From Desulfobulbus propionicus DSM 2032 (lineage in GTDB: Bacteria > Desulfobacterota > Desulfobulbia > Desulfobulbales > Desulfobulbaceae): a stretch of DNA of 32,000 bases. Positions 1 through 8,967 of the stretch are shown piece after piece. The stretch lies in NCBI RefSeq assembly GCF_000186885.1, contig NC_014972.1, forward strand, positions 1,260,001 through 1,292,000, read 5' to 3'. A program made the translations under genes and the position numbers. The notes beneath the pieces are model-generated. The model was not told where the DNA came from and did not search any database. It saw nothing but the letters and a program-made list of their open reading frames with translations. How positions within the stretch are numbered: the first letter of the stretch is position 1; the number at the start of each line of letters is the position of its first letter.

Positions 1-161
1 TGATGACCGGCTATTGCGGCCCGAAGGCCTTCGCCACCCTGGAGGCTGCCGAGATCAAGGTGGTCAGCGACGTGACCGGCAAGGTTCGCGATGCGGTGGC
101 CGATTTCAAGGCGGGCAAGATACTCTATTCGACGGCGGCCAACAAGGAGGCCCACTGGTAA
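1..161 (+). CDS. C-terminal fragment of a dinitrogenase iron-molybdenum cofactor biosynthesis (NifX/NifB C-terminal-like) family protein, truncated at window start
   Basis: Frame 3 reads ..MTGYCGPKAFATLEAAEIKVVSDVTGKVRDAVADFKAGKILYSTAANKEAHW*; the 'GPKAF..L..AGI.V' type motif and length fit the C-terminus of this small domain family. The 5' end is outside the window. Confidence 0.6.
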   Translation, partial: MTGYCGPKAFATLEAAEIKVVSDVTGKVRDAVADFKAGKILYSTAANKEAHW

Positions 162-192
162 GGCGTACTGGAGCCAATCCGTCGATAAAACG

Positions 193-240
193 AAAGCCGG
201 ACAGCGGGGCGACATGTTCGCCTCCTGCCCGGCTTTTTTT
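193..240 (+). terminator. Rho-independent terminator
   Basis: AAAGCCGG ... CCGGCTTTTTTT hairpin with T-tract, shortly after the stop of the upstream partial gene. Confidence 0.75.
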
Positions 241-270
241 GTAGATATACAACTTGAAAGTAAGTTGGAA

Positions 271-2268
271 TCAGATCTTGAAGGTGTTGACGATCCCCTG
301 GAGCTCGTTGGCCAGCTGCTGCAGGGTGTCGGCACTCGCCTTGACCTGCCGGCTGCTGCCGGTGATTTCGTTGGCCGCCTGGTTGACTCCGGCGATGTCC
401 TGGGTGATGGTGCCGGCCACGGCTGAACTCTGGCTGACATTTTCGTTGACCTCGGCCAGTCCCTGCGAGGCTTGGGCGATGTTGTCGGCGATCTCCCCGG
501 TGGCCGCCGACTGTTCACCCACCGCAGTGGAGATGGTGGCCACGATTTCGTTGATGCTGTTGATAATCTTGGTGATTTGGTTGATCTCCTCCACCGTCGA
601 CTGGGTGGTGCCCTGAACGCCGGCGATCTGGTTTTTGATATCCTGGGTGGCGGCGGCGGTCTGTTTGGCCAGTTCCTTGATTTCGTTGGCGACCACGGCA
701 AAGCCCTTGCCGGCCTCGCCGGCCCGGGCCGCCTCGATGGTGGCGTTGAGCGCCAGCAGGTTGGTCTGCTCGGAGATCTCGGTGATCGCCTCGGTGACCT
801 TGCCGATCGCCTGCGCCGCCTGACCCAGTTCTGCCATCTTGTTCGAGGTGCTGGCCGCCTGGTGCACTGCCTTTTCCGAGATCGAATGGGCCTGTTCGGC
901 GTTCTGGGCGATCTGGTTGATGGTCGCGGTCATCTGTTCGGCGGCGCTGGCCACCATGGTGGTGTTGGTGGTCGATTGCTCCATGGCCGCGGCCACGCCG
1001 TTGAGGTTGGCGCTCATCTCCTCGGCAGCGGTGGCCACGTTGTTGGCTCGACCCGAGGTATGTTCGGCATTCTTGGAAAGCGCGGCGGCAATCCCGGCCA
1101 GTTCGCCGACCGACAGATGCACCGACTGGGTGTTGCTGCTGATTCGGCCGATGATCTGTTGCAGTTTTTCGATGAAAACATTGAACCAGGTGGCCAATTC
1201 GCCGACCTCATCCTTGGAGGTGACAGCCAGGCGCATGGTCAGATCGCCCTCGCCCTGGGCGATGTCCTTGAGTCCCTCCACGGCCTTGTTGATCGGTTTG
1301 GTGATTGCCGTTGCCGCCAGAAAGATAAGGACGGCGGCCAGCAGCAAGGAAGTCATGGCGATCCACAGGATGGTCCGCTTCAGGGCATTGACGCTGGCGA
1401 GAAACTCATTCGATTCCTGCGTCGCCGCCACGCTCCAGCCGGTGGTGGCAATCGGCGCGTAACCGGCAATCTTGTCCAGTCCCTGGTAAACGTATTTCTC
1501 CACACCGGTCTTGCCCGCCATCATGGCGTTGGTGATGGTTTCCATGCCCTTGAGTGTCTTCAAATCGAGTTGAAGGACATTCTTCTCCACCACATGGGCA
1601 ATGATGATGCCGTCCTTGTTGATCATGAAGGCATAGCCGGTTTCGCTGATTTTGTTGTCCGTCACCAGGTGGGTCAGGGCAGAGGCCTTCATCGACATCC
1701 CGAATGCCCCGAGAAATTCGCCGGAATCCGAGAGAACAGGCGCGCAGGCGACACTGATGATTTCCCCGGTTTTTTGCGAACGCACCACATCGCCGAACAC
1801 GGGCTTGCCGCTTTGCTTCACCGTCTGGAAGTAGGGCCGCTCGGCGATGTTGGAGCCCTTGTACTCGCTGCCGTCGGCCAGTTCGCCGGTGTAAAGCGTG
1901 CCCTTGGCATCGGTGATAAAGATACCCAGGTAATTGTTCCCCAGGGTCTTGAACTTGGTCTTCATCAGCTGGCGGAGAACCTGAATGGACGAAGCGGCGC
2001 CGTCGATGCCTTTGGCCTTGACCTCTTCGCCCACGGCCTTGAAGGTGCTTTCCGTCGCGAAGGCCAGGGCGGTCTTGAGCTCTCCCAGCAAGGCCTTGTC
2101 GAGCTGAACGGCGATGCCCTTGGCCGTGGCCTCGGCGTTTTTCATGGCCAGGTCGGTCAGCGCCCGGGAGGAGTTGGTGATCGAGATGTAGCCGTTGACG
2201 ATCAACAGCACGAGGATGGCGAAACAGCCCCCGCTGACGAGTTTGAACCGGATCGAATGCAAATTCAT
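271..2268 (-). CDS. Methyl-accepting chemotaxis protein with double-Cache-type periplasmic sensor, HAMP and MCP signalling domain
   Basis: 665 aa; N-terminal TM, Cache-like region ([16 protein letters not shown]...[19 protein letters not shown]), second TM, HAMP, hallmark tip [41 protein letters not shown]. Confidence 0.95.
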   Translation of the reverse strand: MNLHSIRFKLVSGGCFAILVLLIVNGYISITNSSRALTDLAMKNAEATAKGIAVQLDKALLGELKTALAFATESTFKAVGEEVKAKGIDGAASSIQVLRQLMKTKFKTLGNNYLGIFITDAKGTLYTGELADGSEYKGSNIAERPYFQTVKQSGKPVFGDVVRSQKTGEIISVACAPVLSDSGEFLGAFGMSMKASALTHLVTDNKISETGYAFMINKDGIIIAHVVEKNVLQLDLKTLKGMETITNAMMAGKTGVEKYVYQGLDKIAGYAPIATTGWSVAATQESNEFLASVNALKRTILWIAMTSLLLAAVLIFLAATAITKPINKAVEGLKDIAQGEGDLTMRLAVTSKDEVGELATWFNVFIEKLQQIIGRISSNTQSVHLSVGELAGIAAALSKNAEHTSGRANNVATAAEEMSANLNGVAAAMEQSTTNTTMVASAAEQMTATINQIAQNAEQAHSISEKAVHQAASTSNKMAELGQAAQAIGKVTEAITEISEQTNLLALNATIEAARAGEAGKGFAVVANEIKELAKQTAAATQDIKNQIAGVQGTTQSTVEEINQITKIINSINEIVATISTAVGEQSAATGEIADNIAQASQGLAEVNENVSQSSAVAGTITQDIAGVNQAANEITGSSRQVKASADTLQQLANELQGIVNTFKI

Positions 2269-2429
2269 GTCCCCCTCCCTGTGGATTTTGGTGCGTCGAT
2301 GCGTGCTTTCAGGTGGGCGCCGCCACCTCGCACGATATCCCGTTTGGTCGAGGCGCTTGGCGCCACGCTTCTCCTGTTCGCATGATAGGTGTTTCCAGGT
2401 GGGAAAGTCAAAAACTGGAGAGTAAAAAT

Positions 2430-2445
2430 TAGGTAAATTTACCTA
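2430..2445. promoter_or_regulatory. Perfect 16-bp palindrome TAGGTAAATTTACCTA, candidate operator upstream of the MCP gene
   Basis: Perfect self-complementarity, AT-rich intergenic location about 160 bp upstream of the MCP start. No recognised regulator assigned. Confidence 0.35.
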
Positions 2446-2527
2446 GAGGGTCGCGGGGAGGACAGCAGGGATTACGGCACACACCCTTTTGCGCCGCTTG
2501 GGCTGGAGGGGAGGGCGATCGGCGTGA

Positions 2528-3046
2528 TCAGGTGCAAGACGTGTCTTGGCTGTGCACCTGGTCGGCAATGCGCCGGGCGACCTCTTCCTGGCCGATGCCG
2601 TCGCAGGCGATGGTGATTTCCGCGTAGCGTTTGTACAGCAGCTGACGCTCGTCGAACAGTTCCCGGAAGGTCTGATCCTTGGCCTTGGCGATGCCCCGGG
2701 TGGCGAAGTTGCGAATGCGGCGCTCGATTTCCGGGAAGGACACCTCAAGGAAGATGACGATCGACATCCGCTGCAAATGGGTCATGGCCCTGGCACTGTA
2801 GGCGGCGCTGCCGCCGGTGGCGATCACATGGTGGCTGATGTTGAGTTTGAGGATTTCCTCTTCCTCGATGGCCCGCAGGGTGAGGTGGTCGCTTTCGTCG
2901 AGAATCTGCTGCAGGGTTTTTTGCCGGTTGATCTGGATGAGCACATCGGTGTCGATGAAGCCCAGCCCCATGTTTTTGGCCAGAATGATGCCTACGGTGC
3001 TTTTACCCGCGCCGGGCATGCCGATTAGGGTCAGATTGGTTCTCAT
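2528..3046 (-). CDS. aroK: Shikimate kinase
   Basis: P-loop GMPGAGKSTVG, FIDTD motif, VIATGGSA motif, size about 170 aa; ATG at 3046 (MRTNLTLIG) preferred over the upstream in-frame ATG. Confidence 0.85.
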   Translation of the reverse strand: MRTNLTLIGMPGAGKSTVGIILAKNMGLGFIDTDVLIQINRQKTLQQILDESDHLTLRAIEEEEILKLNISHHVIATGGSAAYSARAMTHLQRMSIVIFLEVSFPEIERRIRNFATRGIAKAKDQTFRELFDERQLLYKRYAEITIACDGIGQEEVARRIADQVHSQDTSCT

Positions 3047-3242
3047 GGTGGAGGTTCCGCGCAAGAGGTGGCGATCCGGCGGGGATCGGGGAGCTGTTCT
3101 GTTGCCGACAGCCTAGCCCACCGGAAGATCGAGGGCAAGGGAGAATCGGGGGCGGGGCAAAAGGGGGGAAAAACTCACCCCGGAACCGCCGCAAGGAGAT
3201 CGGCAGCCCAGGGTGAGGTGGAGAGGCGGAGAAACGATGGGC

Positions 3243-3986
3243 TTACCAGGTGGTTTCGCCCTTGAGTTCGCCCCGGGTGGAGACCACCACGTGGCGGACG
3301 GGAAAATTGGGTTTGGCCGTATCCCAGGCCCTTTTGATGATATGCAGCATGGCGTGGCAGCAAGGCACCTCCATGATCAGGATGGTCAGCGAGTTCAGCT
3401 TGCGGGTGCGGAAGATCTCGGTGAAGCGGTCGACATAGAGTTGCTGGTCATCAAACTTGGGGCAGCCCATCATCACCACCCGACCGGCAAGGAAATCCTG
3501 CTGCAGGCCGGCATAGGCCACGGCGGTGCAGTCGGCGGCCACCAATAGGTCACAATTTTCGAGAAAGGGCGCGGTCGGCGGTATCAACCGGATCTGCACC
3601 GGCCAGTGCGACAGGGCCGACCCGGCTTGGCTGGTGGGCACGTTGGCCATTTGGCAGGGCGACACCGGCGCATGTGTCTGCAGCCGGGCCGAAGGACAGC
3701 CTGAACCGTGCGGGATCGCTGGCTTGGCCTCCTCTTGCCCTTTGCTGGCCAGGAACTGATGGACCGCCTCCTCGTCGAACTCATCGGCCTCGCGTTCGAT
3801 GATCTGCAAGGCACCGGTTGGGCAGGAGCCGAGGCAGGCGCCGAGGCCGTCGCACAGTTTGTCCGCCACCAGCCGGGCCTTGCCGTCAATGATCTGCAGG
3901 GAACCTTCGGCACAGTCGGGCACGCACTGGCCGCAGCCGTTGCACAATTCTTCGTCGATCTTAATGATTTTTCGCAATATTTTCAT
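3243..3986 (-). CDS. 4Fe-4S dicluster ferredoxin-domain protein of the type associated with hcp
   Basis: N-terminal CNGCGQCVPDC and CDGLGACLGSCP cluster motifs followed by a ~170 aa C-terminal domain with further cysteines (CDLLVAADC, MGCPKFDD, EVPCCHAM). Confidence 0.85.
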   Translation of the reverse strand: MKILRKIIKIDEELCNGCGQCVPDCAEGSLQIIDGKARLVADKLCDGLGACLGSCPTGALQIIEREADEFDEEAVHQFLASKGQEEAKPAIPHGSGCPSARLQTHAPVSPCQMANVPTSQAGSALSHWPVQIRLIPPTAPFLENCDLLVAADCTAVAYAGLQQDFLAGRVVMMGCPKFDDQQLYVDRFTEIFRTRKLNSLTILIMEVPCCHAMLHIIKRAWDTAKPNFPVRHVVVSTRGELKGETTW

Positions 3987-4016
3987 GGTCTTTTCTTTGT
4001 GTCCAGTGAGTGTCGA

Positions 4017-4649
4017 TTATTCGAGGACCGCCTTTTTCAAGGCCTCGATCCCGTAGCGTTCCATGAATCGGGCCGAACGGCTCTTGAACCGGGCCGCATG
4101 GAGATAGTAATTCAGTGTTCTGGTGACCAGGGTCACGGCTTCGTCATCGTTCAATCCCTCGGCAACCACATCGCCGATACGCGGGCGGCCGGCGGCGTTG
4201 CCGCCAAAGGTGAACCGCCACCCCTTGCTTTCACCGGTCAGGCCGACATCGCGCATCCACGATTCGCAGCAACAGAAGCGGCAGCCGGAAATCCCCACCT
4301 TGACCTTGGCCGGCAGGGGGCCGTCCAATTCGATCGCCTTGATCCGCTCGCCCAGGCTCAAGGCGTCCTGATGACCGTATTTGCACCAGGTGCGTCCCGG
4401 GCAGGCCTGGACGTAATGAATCCGATTGCGGGTGTGGGGCAGTGTCTCCGGGATACCCAGTTCCGCGCGCAGTCCCACCAGGGCTTCAGGCTCCATGCCG
4501 AGGAAGGCGATCCGCTGGGCGCCGGTGATCTTGGTCTGCGGAATCCGGTATTTCCGCGCCAGCGCGGCCAACTGTTCCAAATCTTCAGGGCTGAGCAGGC
4601 CAGCGTCAAAATGAGGCAGCACGAGATAGGTCTTGTGGTTGTCGTTCAT
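4017..4649 (-). CDS. Small assimilatory-type sulfite/nitrite reductase-like protein (siroheme/4Fe-4S)
   Basis: 210 aa; paired cysteine motifs CPGRTWC (CX5C) and CRFCC (CX3C) typical of sulfite/nitrite reductase hemoprotein domains; size resembles the low-molecular-weight enzyme of Desulfovibrio. Confidence 0.8.
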   Translation of the reverse strand: MNDNHKTYLVLPHFDAGLLSPEDLEQLAALARKYRIPQTKITGAQRIAFLGMEPEALVGLRAELGIPETLPHTRNRIHYVQACPGRTWCKYGHQDALSLGERIKAIELDGPLPAKVKVGISGCRFCCCESWMRDVGLTGESKGWRFTFGGNAAGRPRIGDVVAEGLNDDEAVTLVTRTLNYYLHAARFKSRSARFMERYGIEALKKAVLE

Positions 4650-4719
4650 GGTGTCTTCCTCTCACCCCCTGGCCCGGCATCACCGGCCAGGGGTATCCGC
4701 GTTGGGAGGAGGAACAAGA

Positions 4720-6348
4720 TCAGCCAAGGATGGTCTTGAGATCCGCCTCCGGGGTATCGATGGGTTTGATGTTGAAGGTATCCACCAGGAACTGGAGCAC
4801 GGCCGGGGTGATGAAGGCCGGCAGCGACGGTCCAAGGCGGATGTCTTTGACGCCAAGGTACAGCAGGGTGAGGAGAATGGCCACCGCCTTCTGCTCGTAC
4901 CAGGAGAGCACCATCGACAGCGGCAGGTCGTTGACGCCGCAGTCAAAGGCCTTGGCCAGGGCCACGGCGATCTGGATGGCCGAGTAGGCGTCGTTGCACT
5001 GGCCCACGTCCAAGAGGCGCGGGATGCCGCCGATGTCGCCCATCTGCTTGTCAAAGAAGCGGAACTTGCCGCAGGCGAGCGTCAGCACCACGCAGTCCTT
5101 GGGCACCTGCTCGACAAAGCGGGTGAAGTAGTCGCGGCCGGGCTTGGCGCCGTCGCAGCCGCCCACCAGGAAGAAGTGGCGGATGGCCTTGGATTTCACC
5201 GCCTCGATCACCTTGTCGGCCACACCGAGCACCGCGTTGCGGCCAAAACCGACCAGCACCTGGCCGTTGTCGACGTCATCGGTGAACCCCGGCATGGCCA
5301 GGGCCATGGCCACCACCGGCGAATAATCCTTGTCGCTGATGTGCTTGACGCCCGGCCAGCCGACCAGGCCGTTGGTGAACACCCGGTCCTTGTAGACCTC
5401 GCTCGGCTTCTGGATGCAGTTGGTGGTGAACAGGATCGGTCCCGGAAAGGTGGGGAACTCTTTTTGCTGATTCTGCCAGGCGGTGCCGAAGTGGCCGTAA
5501 AAATGGGGATATTTCTTCAGCTCCGGATAGCCGTGACAGGGCAGCATCTCGCCGTGGGTGTAGATGTCGATGCCCTTGCCCTCGGTCTGCTGCAACAGCA
5601 GTTCCAGGTCGTGGAGGTCGTGGCCGGTGATGAGGATGCACTTGTTCTTGCGATGGCCGAGCGGCACCGGGGTGGGCACCGGATGACCATAGGTGCCGGT
5701 GTTGCCGGCATCGAGCAGCTCCATGGCCTTGAGGTTGATCTCGCCGGCCTTCATGGCCACGGGCACGCACTGCTCGACGGTCAGTCCCTGGGCCAGGAGC
5801 GCGGTCAGGGCCTCGTAGCAGAAGGCGGCCACGGCCGGATCGGTTTGGCCGAGGATGGCGGCGTGATCGGCATAGGCGGCGATGCCCTTGAGGCCGTAGA
5901 GCAGGGTCTGCTTGAGCGAGCGGATGTTGACGTCGCTATCCAGGGATTCGATCAGATTCAGGGCCTTGCCCTGGGCGGCCAGTTCGGCGACCGTGCCGGC
6001 CGGGATGAAGGTGGCGGGTGCCTCGGTGAACTCGGTGGTGCCGCCGGCAATCCCCACCTTGGCCTTCATGGCCTCGCGCAGCTCGACCGCCCGCTGGATC
6101 AGGGCGACAAAGCGTTCCGGATCGAAATCGACGTTGGTCAGGGTGGAAAAGATGGCCTCAAAGGTAAACAGGTCGGTGGCCTGGTCGACAATGCCCAGTT
6201 TCCGTCCTTCGCGGGCATAGAGGGCCAGCCCCTGGAGGGCATGGATCAGCAGATCCTGTAGATCGGCAACCTCCTCGTTCTTGCCGCATACCCCGGCGAT
6301 GTTGCATCCGATCCCCTTGGCCGTCTGTTCACACTGGTTACAAAACAT
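4720..6348 (-). CDS. hcp: Hydroxylamine reductase / hybrid-cluster protein, class I
   Basis: MFCNQCEQTAKGIGCNIAGVCGK (CX2CX8CX5C) N-terminal cluster motif; LTGHDLHDLELLLQQT, CHGYPELKKYPHFYGHFGTAWQNQ, CLIL/VVLTLACGKFRF and GVPPLLDVGQCND-like motifs; 542 aa from ATG at 6348. Confidence 0.96.
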   Translation of the reverse strand: MFCNQCEQTAKGIGCNIAGVCGKNEEVADLQDLLIHALQGLALYAREGRKLGIVDQATDLFTFEAIFSTLTNVDFDPERFVALIQRAVELREAMKAKVGIAGGTTEFTEAPATFIPAGTVAELAAQGKALNLIESLDSDVNIRSLKQTLLYGLKGIAAYADHAAILGQTDPAVAAFCYEALTALLAQGLTVEQCVPVAMKAGEINLKAMELLDAGNTGTYGHPVPTPVPLGHRKNKCILITGHDLHDLELLLQQTEGKGIDIYTHGEMLPCHGYPELKKYPHFYGHFGTAWQNQQKEFPTFPGPILFTTNCIQKPSEVYKDRVFTNGLVGWPGVKHISDKDYSPVVAMALAMPGFTDDVDNGQVLVGFGRNAVLGVADKVIEAVKSKAIRHFFLVGGCDGAKPGRDYFTRFVEQVPKDCVVLTLACGKFRFFDKQMGDIGGIPRLLDVGQCNDAYSAIQIAVALAKAFDCGVNDLPLSMVLSWYEQKAVAILLTLLYLGVKDIRLGPSLPAFITPAVLQFLVDTFNIKPIDTPEADLKTILG

Positions 6349-6436
6349 GGCGTTTCTCCTGTATGGTTTTTTTATGTCGCGTTCGACGTTGTTCCTCAGT
6401 AGGATGCCTCCACTGTAGCCGATGGCCGCAATCGTT

Positions 6437-6454
6437 GTTTGACCTAGATCAAAA
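6437..6454. promoter_or_regulatory. Candidate HcpR/FNR-type operator GTTTGACCTAGATCAAAA
   Basis: Core palindrome TTTGACCTAGATCAAA (TTGAC-N4-ATCAA) in the divergent hcp / Crp-Fnr intergenic region. Confidence 0.7.
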
Positions 6455-6575
6455 ATAGATTTTTTTCGGATGATTGTTTGCACCATTCGGAAAGCGATGC
6501 CTGGGCCGTGATGGCGCGGCGTGTCCTGCACACTTGGACCGCCTCCTGCCCCCATTCTTTTGATAGTAGATTGAA

Positions 6576-7244
6576 ATGAGAGCAAAAAAAGACGAATTGC
6601 TTGCCCATAGCCTGCTGTTCAGCGGCCTGCCCCGTGAACAGGTGGAGAAGATTGCCGAGATCGCCGTGACCAAGCGCTACGGCAAGGGCGCCTCGATTTT
6701 TTTCGAGGGCGATCCAGGCATCGGATTTTTCATGGTGGCCAGCGGCAAGGTGAAAATTTTCAAAACCTCCTTCGACGGCAAGGAGCAGATCCTGCATATT
6801 TTCGGGCCAGGAGAACCCTTTGGCGAGGTTCCGGTGTTCCACGGCAACCCCTTCCCGGCCAATGCCGAGGCCCTGAGCGAATGCGAGGTGCTGTTTTTTC
6901 CCCGGGCCGAGTTTGTTGGTTTGATTACCGGCAACCCCTCGCTGGCCCTCAACATGCTGGCCGTGCTGGCCCTGCGGCTGCGCCGTTTCGCCACCCAGGT
7001 GGAGAATCTGTCACTCAAGGAGGTGCCTGGCCGGCTGGCCGCCTACCTCCAGTATCTGATGGAAGAGCAGCAACGCCAGGACCGGGTGGTGCTCGACATC
7101 CCCAAGGGGCAACTGGCCAGCCTGCTCGGCACCAGTTCGGAGACCCTGTCGCGTATTTTCAACAAGATGAGCGAGGAAGGACTGATTCGCGTCGAAGGCA
7201 AGACCATCTTCATCCTCGACAGCGAGCGGCTCAAGGAGCGGTGA
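6576..7244 (+). CDS. Crp/Fnr family transcriptional regulator, probable HcpR
   Basis: Cyclic-nucleotide-binding-like N-terminal domain (GKGASIFFEGDPGIGFFMVASGKVKIFKTSFDGKEQILHIFGPGEPFGEVPVF) and C-terminal wHTH (DIPKGQLASLLGTSSETLSRIFNKMSEEGLI); divergent from hcp. Confidence 0.92.
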   Translation: MRAKKDELLAHSLLFSGLPREQVEKIAEIAVTKRYGKGASIFFEGDPGIGFFMVASGKVKIFKTSFDGKEQILHIFGPGEPFGEVPVFHGNPFPANAEALSECEVLFFPRAEFVGLITGNPSLALNMLAVLALRLRRFATQVENLSLKEVPGRLAAYLQYLMEEQQRQDRVVLDIPKGQLASLLGTSSETLSRIFNKMSEEGLIRVEGKTIFILDSERLKER

Positions 7245-7704
7245 GGGCAGGGAGGTTACGCCCTTGCTGTTTTGCTTGCATCGTCTCTGCAACAGAGAAA
7301 AACTTCCTGATCGTTGCCGGCCGATTGCCTGTGTAGCGCTGTCGATGATTGCACTGGAAGCGCACAATACGGCTCCACCTCCCGGTCATTCTGTCCCGTT
7401 TGCGGAATTATTCGGCTCTTTTTGTCCCGTTCTCTGGTTTGCACTGAACAACACCGACTAACAGGACAAATTCCTCTGTTTGTTTCCTTCATTCCCCGTG
7501 GTTGTTCCTTTTCCCGCCCCATTGATCTGTTGACCTCTTCTGACGAGTCATTCGATAAAAAGATGATATTTGAGGAAGATGTGGATGTATTCTTCTTCGC
7601 CTCCCGTTGAGAAACATGTGTGGATCACGGCATGTCTATTGCTAGAAGGCATCATGGCAGTGTGTCAGCAGTTCCCCCCCCCAACACGAAGAAGGAGAGA
7701 AGCA

Positions 7705-8595
7705 ATGAAGCACGGTATTTTGGCCCTCGTTTGTTCAATTCTGCTCATTCCGGCCGTGGTTTCCGCGGATAACCTCATGCGCGACTACATCGCCGCGCCG
7801 CCGGGCACCCTGTTGTCGCTGTTGTATTATAACCATGTCAGCGGCGACACCCTGAACGTCAATGGCGATAAGGCGGCGGACATCGATTTTGCAGAGGAAC
7901 TTTTTCTGTTGAGGGAAGTGTACTATTTCAACATGGGATCGATGCTGGCCAATGCCCAGGTGATCGTGCCCTTTGGCAATGCCTCCCTCGATGTCGCCGG
8001 TCCGGGCCAGAATTCGTCGGGCATTGGGGATATCATCCTCCTGGGGACGATCTGGTTGGTCAATTCGCCCCAATCCAAGACCTACCTTGCTTTTTCTCCC
8101 TACTTCTTTCTGCCCACCGGCGAATACGACAGCGATCAAGGCCTCAATCTCGGCGGCAATCGCTGGGCTTTCCGCGAGGAGGTCAACTTTACCCAGGGAT
8201 TTGACCTGATTCCCAACCATCCCCTCTATTTCGAGGTCACCACCGGCTTTGATTTCTACACCACCAACGACGACTACCTGGGCGGACAGGATTTGGCCCA
8301 GGATCCGCTGTTCAACCTGGAAAGCCACCTGAGTATCGATCTGGCCAAGAACTGGGCTGTTTCGTTTGATTACTACGGCCATTGGGGCGGATCGACCGAG
8401 CTGGACGACGTCGAGGTGGCGAATTCCGAGATCAATAGCCAGACCATTGGCGGTACCCTGACCTACAGTTTCGCTCCTGGCTGGCAGCTGCTGCTCCAGT
8501 ACAAGGAGGATGTGAAGAACGATAACGGCATCGAGGTCGAGGTCGTTCAAGCGCGCATCTTCTACGCCACCGATTTCGGCAACCTGTTCCACTGA
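7705..8595 (+). CDS. Transporter-like outer membrane beta-barrel protein (Phenol_MetA_deg / MetA-pathway family)
   Basis: Signal peptide MKHGILALVCSILLIPAVVSA; aromatic-rich alternating strands (YLAFSPYFFLPTGEYDSDQGLNLGGNRWAFREEVNFTQGF, WAVSFDYYGHWGG, GWQLLLQYKEDV). Start at 7705. Confidence 0.75.
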   Translation: MKHGILALVCSILLIPAVVSADNLMRDYIAAPPGTLLSLLYYNHVSGDTLNVNGDKAADIDFAEELFLLREVYYFNMGSMLANAQVIVPFGNASLDVAGPGQNSSGIGDIILLGTIWLVNSPQSKTYLAFSPYFFLPTGEYDSDQGLNLGGNRWAFREEVNFTQGFDLIPNHPLYFEVTTGFDFYTTNDDYLGGQDLAQDPLFNLESHLSIDLAKNWAVSFDYYGHWGGSTELDDVEVANSEINSQTIGGTLTYSFAPGWQLLLQYKEDVKNDNGIEVEVVQARIFYATDFGNLFH

Positions 8596-8648
8596 TTGAT
8601 TCCCGACAGAGGTGCGGACAGGGCTCCGCCTCTCCGATACTCCTGCGA

Positions 8649-8704
8649 TCCCATGATCGCGCGGCGGACCTCCTCCTCTCTTCCTGAGCCGCGCGATCAT
8701 GGGA
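8649..8704. repeat. Imperfect-loop inverted repeat with 17-bp perfect arms (TCCCATGATCGCGCGGC / GCCGCGCGATCATGGGA), possible terminator
   Basis: Arms 8649-8665 and 8688-8704, 22-nt loop, located 53 nt after the outer-membrane protein stop; followed by a short T-rich stretch. Confidence 0.7.
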
Positions 8705-8967
8705 CGGGGATCGTTTCCTGTTTTTCCCTCCCACCGCCTACGGCCACGTCGGGCGCCTTTGAGCACCCGGGTACAGATGGGCACATCGGCCCATTTGGGT
8801 AGGTAGTGTATCAATTTTATATTTAAAATTAATCTATTACATTTTTTAGTGATGTCGCCTACTCTCTCCCGTTCAAGGAAAGGGGCCGTCTCTGTTGCGT
8901 ATTGATTGTTTTTGGCGGGAGCGGCCGTTCGTTGACGAGGCAACTACAACACGGAGGAGAAGATAAG

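Noticed and set aside
2529-2560. CAGGTGCA...TGCACCTG inverted repeat at the 3' end of aroK
   Set aside because: Lies inside the coding sequence end and is not followed by a U-tract on the minus strand, so a terminator call is not supported.
3708-6261. Plus-strand ORFs of 343 aa (3708-4739) and 542 aa (4633-6261)
   Set aside because: Antisense to the ferredoxin, sulfite reductase-like and hcp genes, which are fully supported on the minus strand.
7256-7610. Several short ORFs between the Crp/Fnr gene and the outer-membrane protein gene
   Set aside because: No ribosome-binding site or family resemblance; mutually overlapping on both strands, most likely noncoding.
8777-8794. ATGGGC-acatcg-GCCCAT short inverted repeat upstream of the cytolysin
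   Set aside because: Six-bp arms are expected by chance in GC-rich DNA; not strong enough to call as an operator on its own.
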